This document shows, in pieces, positions 11,461-18,334 of a DNA stretch of 64,000 nucleotides. A program made the translations under genes and the position numbers. Every line of letters starts with the position of its first letter. The stretch's first letter is position 1. This DNA comes from Deltaproteobacteria bacterium (lineage in GTDB: Bacteria; Desulfobacterota; Binatia; UTPRO1), in assembly GCA_020848745.1 (NCBI GenBank), contig JADLHM010000141.1:38599-102598 (forward strand), in the 5' to 3' direction. The notes beneath the pieces were generated by a model, which was given only the letters and a program-made list of their open reading frames with translations, did not search any database and was not told the DNA's origin.

Positions 11461-12645
11461 ATGGCGACGATAGGGAGATTATTCCAGCCGCCGAAAGGGC
11501 ACTTCTTCCTCTTCGGGCCCCGCGGCACCGGCAAATCGACCTGGCTCCGGCACGCGTTTCCCGACGCTCTGCGGATCGACCTCCTCGCGCCCGAGGTCGT
11601 GCGCGGCTACGTGGCGCGGCCGGAGCGGCTCCGCGAAGTGCTCGCCGCGCACCCGGACCGCCGCGTGATCGTCATCGACGAGGTCCAGCGCGTGCCGGCG
11701 CTGCTCGACGTCGTCCACGAGGAGATCGAAGCGCGCAAGGGGGCGCGGCGCTTCGTTCTGACGGGGTCGAGCGCGCGGAAGCTCCGGCGATCGGGGGTGA
11801 ATCTGCTCGCCGGTCGCGCCGTCCGTACGGCGCTGCATCCGTTCCTGGCGGCGGAGCTGGGGCCTGCCTTCACGCTCGATCGCGCGCTCGCGACCGGCCT
11901 CGTCCCGCTGGTCTGGGATGCCGCCGAGCCCGAGCGGACGCTCGATGGCTATCTGTCGCTGTACGTGCGCGAGGAAGTGCAGGCCGAAGGCATGGTCCGC
12001 GATCTCGGCGGGTTCGCGCGCTTTCTCGAAGCGATTAGCTTCGCGCACGCGTGCCCGCTCAACCTCGCGAACGTCGCCCGCGATTGCGACGTCAGCCGGA
12101 AGACCGCCGAAGGGTATCTCGCCATTCTCGAAGACCTGCTGCTCGCGTTTCAGGTGCCGATCTTCACCCGGCGCGCGAAACGCATCCTCCAGGCGCATCC
12201 GAAGTTCTTCTGGTTCGATGCCGGGGTCTATCGATCGGCGCGGCCTGCCGGACCGCTCGATCGCCCCGAGGAAATTGCAGGACCCGCGCTCGAGGGTCTC
12301 GTCGCCCAGCACCTGCGGGCCTGGATCGACTACACGGCGAACGACTGCCGGCTGTACTACTGGCGCACCAAGGCGGGGAGCGAGGTCGACCTCGTCGTCT
12401 ACGGGCGCGCGGGATTCTGGGCCTTCGAGGTCAAGAACACGCGCCGCGTGCAGGCGTCCGACCTCCGCGGCTTGCGCGCGTTCCGCGACGACCATCCCGC
12501 GGCCGAGCTCGCGCTGCTCCATCGCGGCGCCGAACGGCTCGCGATCGAGGGCATCCCCTGCATCCCGATCGCGGAGTTCCTGGCCGGCGTGACCCCCGGC
12601 CGCCCGCTCCCGTCGGTCGGAAGGCCGCGGCGGCCGCGCGCCTGA
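11461..12645 (+). CDS. AAA+ ATPase with DUF4143 (ATP-binding protein)
   Basis: Walker A GPRGTGKST, Walker B VIVIDEVQ, and C-terminal DUF4143-like region (…YYWRTKAGSEVDLVV…). Confidence 0.8.
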   Translation: MATIGRLFQPPKGHFFLFGPRGTGKSTWLRHAFPDALRIDLLAPEVVRGYVARPERLREVLAAHPDRRVIVIDEVQRVPALLDVVHEEIEARKGARRFVLTGSSARKLRRSGVNLLAGRAVRTALHPFLAAELGPAFTLDRALATGLVPLVWDAAEPERTLDGYLSLYVREEVQAEGMVRDLGGFARFLEAISFAHACPLNLANVARDCDVSRKTAEGYLAILEDLLLAFQVPIFTRRAKRILQAHPKFFWFDAGVYRSARPAGPLDRPEEIAGPALEGLVAQHLRAWIDYTANDCRLYYWRTKAGSEVDLVVYGRAGFWAFEVKNTRRVQASDLRGLRAFRDDHPAAELALLHRGAERLAIEGIPCIPIAEFLAGVTPGRPLPSVGRPRRPRA

Positions 12646-12980
12646 GGCGCGTCAGGTCCGTTACGTGCGGCGCCGCGTGCCCGCGACCTCGTCGATCTCG
12701 GTCCAGAGGTCGTCGAGATCCAGCACGAAACCCGGGCACCCGGGACCGCGCCCCTCGCCGGCTCCTGCGCCTCGGGCACGATGTCGAGGCGTTTCGTAAC
12801 GTCACGAGCTTCGACCACCTCGCGCGCGTGCGATCCGGATCTGCTCCTCGAGGCACGGCAGCAGATCCGCCTGATCGATCGCCGTCTCGAGCTGCCCGAT
12901 CAGATCACGCACCCGGCCGACCAAAGACGTACCATCGTCCGCCGAACTTGGTGAGGACGGGCGCGAGGGCCCGGAGCAGG

Positions 12981-13274
12981 TCAGCGGCGGTGGGGTCGGT
13001 CGACACGACGGAGCGCCTTTCCCACCCGGACGTGGGTTTCGAGGTCGGCCTCGCGGTCGGCCGCGGTGGGCCAGGTCGGCTGCTGGCGGGCGACCTGGCG
13101 TCGGAGCGCGTCGCCCACCTGAAAGCACCACGCGACGCCCCGGCGCCGGCGCTCCTCGAGCCACTGCTCGGTCTTCGCGGCTTCCAGGGTTTCCCAGTCG
13201 CGTCGCGCGAAGCGCGCGATGTCCTCCGGGCGCACGAGGGCGAGCCTATACGTTCCGTTCGCCAGCTCAAGCAA
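12981..13274 (-). CDS. hypothetical protein or gene fragment
   Basis: 97-aa ORF with protein-like composition (MLELANGTYRLALVRPEDIARFARRDWETLEAAKTEQWLEERRRRG…); neighbouring out-of-frame ORFs (12802..13164, 12399..12818) suggest a decayed gene spread over three frames. Confidence 0.2.
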   Translation of the reverse strand: MLELANGTYRLALVRPEDIARFARRDWETLEAAKTEQWLEERRRRGVAWCFQVGDALRRQVARQQPTWPTAADREADLETHVRVGKALRRVDRPHRR

Positions 13275-13392
13275 GGGTCAGGCGACGGGAGGCGTCCGTG
13301 CGCATGGAGGCCGACATCCGAGACCCCGTCGCTGCCCTTCGACCATTGCGGCGACCGCGGTTGCGCTCGTGACGGCGGTTGCGGGTAGCGGA

Positions 13393-13719
13393 TCATCCGC
13401 GCGACGGCCGGGCTCGTCGTGCCTGCGTTCGTCCTGCCCGCTTCCCGGATCGGCCTCCGGTCGGCCGCGCCGCGGCGGCCGCAAAGTGCGCCCTCACCTC
13501 GTCCAGGGAATAGGTTCGCGGATCCTTCCGGCTCGCCTCGATCATGCGCCAGAAGCGAGGGTTGGACATGAGCATCACGTCCTCCAGGTCGCGCCCTTCC
13601 ACACCGATCACGATGGCGCATGGCCGACCGTTGCGGGTGATGAGGATCCGTTCCCGTTGGGCATCTTCGAGGGTGGCGCTGAGGCCGCTCTTCGCTTCGC
13701 GAATCGCCAGCACTCTCAT
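13393..13719 (-). CDS. Phd/YefM family type II antitoxin
   Basis: MRVLAIREAKSGLSATLEDAQRERILITRNGRPCAIVIGVEGRDLEDVML…; ATG 13719 overlaps the stop of the upstream toxin gene (ATGA). Confidence 0.8.
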   Translation of the reverse strand: MRVLAIREAKSGLSATLEDAQRERILITRNGRPCAIVIGVEGRDLEDVMLMSNPRFWRMIEASRKDPRTYSLDEVRAHFAAAAARPTGGRSGKRAGRTQARRARPSRG

Positions 13720-14012
13720 AGGATCTCCTTTGTGGTCCGCCGACCCTTTCGGAGTACCGCCCGAACGATCACCAGTCTGGTCGAGCTGTCGACGTCGTAG
13801 ATCACGCGGAATTCCCCGACGCGAAGTTGCCACACCGGCTGAACGTGCTCGAACGGCGGCACCACCCCGGGCAACTGCTTGCGACGCGGCGTCTCTTGCT
13901 GGGGATCGTTGCGAAGGTGCGTCATGATCTCGTCGAGGATTCGGTTGCGGTCGTACGAGCGGATCGTCGCCAGATGATCCACAGCCAACTGCGCGATCCG
14001 AACGCCGAACAT
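13716..14012 (-). CDS. ParE/RelE family type II toxin
   Basis: 98-aa ORF with the RelE/ParE C-terminal core (…WQLRVGEFRVIYDVDSSTRLVIVRAVLRKG…); coordinates from the ORF track. Confidence 0.75.
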   Translation of the reverse strand: MFGVRIAQLAVDHLATIRSYDRNRILDEIMTHLRNDPQQETPRRKQLPGVVPPFEHVQPVWQLRVGEFRVIYDVDSSTRLVIVRAVLRKGRRTTKEIL

Positions 14013-14127
14013 CAGAGACTACAACTGTAGTCACACAGCCCCGCGGCGCGCAAGCCCGCTCGTTCATATCTTCAACAAGAGCTTCTCTGGCCATGGTTGG
14101 CCCGGGGTCGATTTCGATTGACGGGCC

Positions 14128-14215
14128 TATTTCCAACACCGCCTTTCGTGCCGTCCCCGTTGCGAAGAGTGCATCGAAGGAGGATCTCCGAGCCATTCGA
14201 ACCCTGCTCGCGATG
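14128..14215 (+). repeat. degenerate duplicate of the 5' UTR/RBS/start region of the DGR target gene
   Basis: cctttcgtgccgtccccgtt..cgaaggaggatctccgagccattcgaaccctgc vs 14415-14500 gttttcgtgccgtctcccgtt..cgaaggaggatctccgATGcgcgttccagttcgaaaccttgc; third weaker copy gtcgatagaaggaacctcatcga at ~14314-14338. Confidence 0.5.
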
Positions 14216-14380
14216 ACCGTGTCCGGACGATTTCGGCGGACTACAGCGCATCGTCGAGATCGTACCGGTTGAGGCATCGTGCCTGCCGTCCTCCGTTCGC
14301 CGCATGCCGAGTCCTCGAACGAAGTCGATAGAAGGAACCTCATCGAGGTCGGCCCGGCGGAAACGCTCGCCATTTTTCGA

Positions 14381-14407
14381 TTGACCGGGGGGGGGGGGGG
14401 GTAGGCT
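14381..14407 (+). promoter_or_regulatory. candidate sigma70-type promoter with homopolymeric G15 spacer (possible phase-variable promoter of the DGR target gene)
   Basis: TTGACC (14381-86), G x15 (14387-14401), TAGGCT (14402-07); ~67 nt before ATG 14474; AGGAGG RBS at 14461-66. Confidence 0.4.
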
Positions 14408-14473
14408 ATCGCCAAAGCCGTTTTCGTGCCGTCTCCCGTTCCGTAGATTCCGTCGATCGAAGGAGGATCTCCG

Positions 14474-15424
14474 ATGCGCGTTCCAGTTCGAAACCTTGCG
14501 CTGGCGGCGCTCGCCGTCGTCGCACTTTCCGCCAGCGCTGCGCGGGCCGCGACCCCAGCCCAGAAGTGCCAGGCCGGTAAGAACAAGGCCGCCGGGAAGT
14601 ACGCCGCCTGCCGCCACGGCGCCGAGGCCAAGCTCGCCACCACCGGCGACGGCGCGGCCTATGCAACGGCCATCGGCAAGTGCACGACCAAATATGGAGC
14701 CGCCTGGCAGAAGCTCGAAGCCAACGCCGGCGGCGCCTGCCCGAGCAACGGCGACGAGACCGCGATCGGCACCGTCGTCGACGGCTGCACGACCAACATC
14801 GCGACCGCCGTCGGGGGCGGGGTGCTGACCGATTGTCCGGCGGACCTGGCGGCGTGTCTCGCGGCTCCGCAAGGGCAGCGCCTGAAGACGGAGCAGTACG
14901 CCTGCTACGACGCCGGGGGCGTGGTGATCCCCTGTGCCGGCACCGGGCAGGACGGCGAGCTCCAGAAGGGGTTGGCGCGGAGCTATACCGACAACGGCGA
15001 CGGTACGATCACCGACGACCGGACGGGCCTCATGTGGGAGAAGCTGTCGGACGACGGCAGTCTCCACGACAAGGACAATTACTACACGTGGACGAACGCC
15101 TTCGCGGTGAAGATCGCGGGCTTGAACGCGGGTGGAGGCTTCGCCGGCCATACGGACTGGCGGTTGCCCAACGTCAACGAGCTCCAGAGCCTCGTGAGCT
15201 ATGGGGCGGTGAACCCGTCCGTAAGCGCTGCGTTCAATACGGCGTGCGCCCCGGCGTGTACCGTGACGACCTGTAGTTGTACCCAGTCGAACTTCTATTG
15301 GTCGGCTACGACGTATCAGGACAGTCCGTCGCTCGCGTGGCTCGTGTTCTTCTTCGACGGCGACGTGTACGCGGACGGTAAGCCCGACAACTACTATGTT
15401 CGCGGAGTGCGTGGCGGCTCGTGA
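14474..15424 (+). CDS. DGR target (variable) protein: secreted Cys-rich protein with C-terminal DUF1566/Lcl-C-type domain
   Basis: Sec signal MRVPVRNLALAALAVVALSASAARA; C-terminal motifs GLMWEK, WRLPNVNEL, YWSATTY, YYVRGVRGGS typical of DUF1566; last 143 nt form the VR. Confidence 0.9.
   Translation: MRVPVRNLALAALAVVALSASAARAATPAQKCQAGKNKAAGKYAACRHGAEAKLATTGDGAAYATAIGKCTTKYGAAWQKLEANAGGACPSNGDETAIGTVVDGCTTNIATAVGGGVLTDCPADLAACLAAPQGQRLKTEQYACYDAGGVVIPCAGTGQDGELQKGLARSYTDNGDGTITDDRTGLMWEKLSDDGSLHDKDNYYTWTNAFAVKIAGLNAGGGFAGHTDWRLPNVNELQSLVSYGAVNPSVSAAFNTACAPACTVTTCSCTQSNFYWSATTYQDSPSLAWLVFFFDGDVYADGKPDNYYVRGVRGGS
15282..15424 (+). repeat. DGR variable region (VR) at 3' end of target gene
   Basis: 143 nt matching the TR at 16063-16205 with 21 mismatches, all at TR adenines; the last ~30 nt (tatgttcgcggagtgcgtggcgg) are identical to the TR. 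Confidence 0.85.
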
Positions 15425-15471
15425 TCGATCATTGGATCATTTGAAGGTTTGACCATTTGATTTCGGGGGGT

Positions 15472-15493
15472 CTGGGGGGCGGGAGCCCCCCAG
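15472..15493 (+). promoter_or_regulatory. GC-rich stem-loop 48 nt downstream of VR (DGR target-recognition hairpin candidate)
   Basis: ctggggggc-ggga-gccccccag: perfect 9-bp stem with 4-nt loop. Confidence 0.55.
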
Positions 15494-15508
15494 GGAAAGC
15501 GGCTAGCA

Positions 15509-15907
15509 ATGGCGCAGACCGAGCACCTGCCGATCTACAAAGCGGCATACGACTTCTGTCTCTGGTGCGAGCAAGTCGTCCAAGGCTTCTCGCGCTACCA
15601 CAAGTACGCGCTCGGCGCCGACCTCCGCGAGGGCGCGCGCCGTGTCGTGAAGCTCGTCGTGCGGGCCAACGCACGGCGCGACAAGCGGCCGGTGTTGCTC
15701 GAGGTGCGCGAGGAAGTCGAGCAGCTGAAAGTGCTCTTGCGGCTCGGGCACGACGTCAAGGCATTTCCCAATTTCAACAGCTTCGAGCACGCCATCACCA
15801 CCGTCACCGGCATCGCCAAGCAGAACGAAGGTTGGTTGAAGAGTCAGGGCCATGGCCAGAATCGGCGGGCAATGCCGGCAGGGCTCGCCGCGCCGAGCGC
15901 GCCATGA
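15509..15907 (+). CDS. avd: DGR accessory variability determinant (Avd-like four-helix-bundle protein)
   Basis: 132-aa protein (…LPIYKAAYDFCLWCEQVVQGFSRYHKYALGADLREGARRVVKLVVRANARRDK…) resembling four-helix-bundle/23S-rRNA-IVS-family proteins; positioned between VR and TR. Confidence 0.8.
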   Translation: MAQTEHLPIYKAAYDFCLWCEQVVQGFSRYHKYALGADLREGARRVVKLVVRANARRDKRPVLLEVREEVEQLKVLLRLGHDVKAFPNFNSFEHAITTVTGIAKQNEGWLKSQGHGQNRRAMPAGLAAPSAP

Positions 15908-16062
15908 TCACGAGGTCCCGCTCCCGCCCGTCGCCGCGTCCTGGTGCCGGGCGAACGCCAAGGCCCTGTAGCGGGGCGGCGGCAGAAGGGCGTCTTCCCG
16001 CGCTGCCGCACGGCCAGGCGTCCGGGTCCGGCGGCAGCAGGCCGGGAACAAGCGGCGCGGGC

Positions 16063-16205
16063 GCCAGTCGAACAACTATTGGTCGGCTACGACGTATCAG
16101 AACAATCCGTCGAACGCGTGGAACGTGAACTTCAACGACGGCAACGTGAACGCGAACAATAAGACCAACAACAACTATGTTCGCGGAGTGCGTGGCGGAT
16201 CGTGA
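16063..16205 (+). repeat. DGR template repeat (TR)
   Basis: Encodes QSNNYWSATTYQNNPSNAWNVNFNDGNVNANNKTNNNYVRGVRGGS; AAC/AAT-rich; every VR/TR difference falls on an A here. Confidence 0.85.
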
Positions 16206-16214
16206 TCGGCCCTG

Positions 16215-16255
16215 CGGGGAGGGAGCACGGGCTCCCTCCCCGGTTCGTTTTTCTG
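16215..16255 (+). terminator. stem-loop plus T-tract immediately after TR (intrinsic terminator-like / TR-RNA 3' structure)
   Basis: cggggagggagc-acgg-gctccctccccg (12-bp perfect stem) followed by gttcgtttttctg. Confidence 0.5.
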
Positions 16256-16311
16256 TGCGCGTATCACACGACGATCAGGCGGTGGCTCGGCGCTGGCCGT
16301 GACGGTGTTGC

Positions 16312-17964
16312 GTGGACGATCTCTACGGCTTCGCGAATCTGTACCGCTGCTACCGGCGCTGTCGCCGGCACAAGCGCGGCACCGTCAATGCGCTCGCGTT
16401 CGAGATCGACGCCGAGGCGAAGCTGCTCGATTTGCAGCGGGCGCTCCGCGACCACAGCTACGTGCCCGGACGTTCGGTCTGCTTCGTCACCGAGGGGCCG
16501 AAGCCGCGCGAGGTTTTCGCGGCGGACTTCCGCGATCGCATCGTCCACCACCTGCTGGTCGAGCGGCAGGAGCGCGTCTTCGAGCCGCGCTTCATCCACG
16601 ACTCGTACGCCTGCCGTCCGGGCAAGGGCACGCTCGCCGCGAGCGATCGGCTCATGCGCTTCCTCCGCCAGCTCACCGCCAACGGCCGGCGGCCCGGCTG
16701 GGCCCTGAAGCTCGACGTCGCGAGCTTCTTCGCGTCGATCCACAAGGCGACGCTCTACGAGCTGATCGCGGCGCGCGTCCGCGACCCGGAGCTCCGCTGG
16801 CTGACGTGGACGATCCTCTTCCACGACCCGACGCGCGATTATCGCTTCCGCTCGCTCGGCGGGCACGTGCCCGGTCCGGAGACTCCCGGCTACCCGGTGC
16901 CGCCGGCGAAGAGCCTCTTTGGCGCCGGCAACGCCCGCGGCCTCCCGATCGGGAACCTCACGAGCCAGTTCTGGGCCAACGTCTATCTCGATGCGCTCGA
17001 TCAGTTCGTGAAGCGCGAGCTCCGCTGCCGCCGGTACGTCCGCTACGTCGACGACCTCGTGCTGCTGGCCGACGATCCGGAGCGGCTCCGGGGCTGGCAT
17101 GCGAAGATCGCGGGGTTCCTTGCCGAACGCTTGCACCTCGCCCTGCGGGCCGAGGCGGCGGAGCCGCGGCCGGTGGGCGCGGGCGTCATGTTCGTCGGGT
17201 GGCGGACCTGGTGGAGCCACCGCGTGCCGCGGCGCCAGACGCTCGGTAACCTCGCGCGCCGGCTCGCCGGCTTCGAGCGTGTCCTTTGTGAGCCGGCGCT
17301 GGCGGGAGCGGCGCGCGCCATCGACCTCGAGCGGCGGGTGCGTCCCGCGGCGCCGCGCGCGGGCCGGCCGGTACGCAGGGTGTCGTCGCAGTTGCAGGCG
17401 ACGCTTGCGGCCTACGGCGGGCACCTCCGTCACGGCGCCGCCTACGGTCTCTGGCTCCGGATGTGGGAGCGCCATGCGGCCTGGCTGCCGCTAGTGTGTC
17501 GCCGCACGGGGTGGCGCGCCGGCGTACGGTGGTCCGCCGCGCCGCGTGCGGTCCCGGCGCGCGGTTCACGCGCGCGACCGCTCGCCCGCGCCTATCGCCA
17601 TCTGCTGCGGGCGGCGGGCGACGACGTGCTCCTCTTTCTCCAGGTCGGGCGCTACGTCGAGCTCTACGGGCCGCAGCGCGTGCGCGGGGAACGCCTCCTC
17701 GGGCTCCGGGCCGTGCACCTGCCGCGCGCGGGGTTCGGGCTCGCGGCGGGGTTCCCGCGGAGCTGTCTCCGCGCGTTCGTCCGCCGCGCGCTCGCTTCAG
17801 GCTGGTCGGTGATCCTGGCGGTGGAGCGGCGTTCCGACCGTGCCCCGTGGTCCTTCGAACGTACGCCGGCCAGGCTCTGGGTGTCGCCATACGCGCGGTC
17901 GGCCTCAGTGGGCCAAGCGCAGCCGGCGGTGTGGGTCAGCCTCGAGGTGGCCACGGCTTCTTGA
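16312..17964 (+). CDS. DGR reverse transcriptase
   Basis: GTG start; RT motifs including LPIGNLTSQFWANVYL (IGxxxSQ, DGR-diagnostic) and RYVRYVDDLVLLADD (YxDD box); 550 aa with an Arg-rich C-terminal ~200 aa of uncertain validity. Confidence 0.9.
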   Translation: MDDLYGFANLYRCYRRCRRHKRGTVNALAFEIDAEAKLLDLQRALRDHSYVPGRSVCFVTEGPKPREVFAADFRDRIVHHLLVERQERVFEPRFIHDSYACRPGKGTLAASDRLMRFLRQLTANGRRPGWALKLDVASFFASIHKATLYELIAARVRDPELRWLTWTILFHDPTRDYRFRSLGGHVPGPETPGYPVPPAKSLFGAGNARGLPIGNLTSQFWANVYLDALDQFVKRELRCRRYVRYVDDLVLLADDPERLRGWHAKIAGFLAERLHLALRAEAAEPRPVGAGVMFVGWRTWWSHRVPRRQTLGNLARRLAGFERVLCEPALAGAARAIDLERRVRPAAPRAGRPVRRVSSQLQATLAAYGGHLRHGAAYGLWLRMWERHAAWLPLVCRRTGWRAGVRWSAAPRAVPARGSRARPLARAYRHLLRAAGDDVLLFLQVGRYVELYGPQRVRGERLLGLRAVHLPRAGFGLAAGFPRSCLRAFVRRALASGWSVILAVERRSDRAPWSFERTPARLWVSPYARSASVGQAQPAVWVSLEVATAS

Positions 17965-18079
17965 GGGCGGTGCCACGCCTGCGGAAAACTCTCGGGCACA
18001 CGGGACCCTTCGTCGTCGCCCGCATCACCCGCAGGGACCGCACTTGACCGACATCCGTACAGCCTGTACAGCATGGCCC

Positions 18080-18334
18080 GTGTCGCGAACCCATCGCAAA
18101 GGCGTCGAAGAGGCCCGCAACCAGCTGCCTGCGCTGCTCGCGGAGGCTGAGAAAGGGCGCGTCACGATCATCACGCGCCATGGTCGATCGGTTGCCGCGA
18201 TAGTCCCGGTGGCGCGCGCCATGGGTGTGCCACGCCAAAGATCGCTTGTCGGGTTGACGGGGTCCGGCAAAGGCTTGTGGGGAAAGGGCAGCACCAAGGC
18301 CCTGCGCCGCCTGCGTGACGAGTGGAGCCGCTAG
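18080..18334 (+). CDS. VapB/Phd-like type II antitoxin
   Basis: …THRKGVEEARNQLPALLAEAEKGRVTIITRHGRSVAAIVPVARA…; putative GTG start; 13-nt overlap with vapC; palindrome GTACAGcCTGTAC (18057-18069) overlapping a putative -10. Confidence 0.55.
   Translation: MSRTHRKGVEEARNQLPALLAEAEKGRVTIITRHGRSVAAIVPVARAMGVPRQRSLVGLTGSGKGLWGKGSTKALRRLRDEWSR

Larger units (their letters stand above)
14381..17964 (+). mobile_element. diversity-generating retroelement (DGR) cassette: target(VR)-avd-TR-RT
   Basis: Collinear target gene with 3' VR, Avd-like gene, TR copy of VR differing only at TR adenines, and RT with IGNLTSQ motif; see component features. Confidence 0.9.

Noticed and set aside
13716-14012. Apparent one-base frame inconsistency near 13980 when I hand-translated the ParE/RelE toxin N-terminus.
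   Set aside because: The ORF track, computed from the same window, gives an intact 98-aa ORF. The discrepancy is most likely my transcription error, so the gene is treated as intact.
14072-15151. 359-aa minus-strand ORF antisense to the DGR target gene, and 16264..17475 antisense to the DGR RT.
   Set aside because: No recognisable domains. They are overlapped by the strongly supported DUF1566 target and RT genes.
15461-15480. G-rich run (tttcgggggg tctggggggc) as a possible G-quadruplex or second phase-variation tract.
   Set aside because: Runs are only 6 G each and are part of, or adjacent to, the VR-downstream hairpin. The hairpin explanation is more parsimonious.
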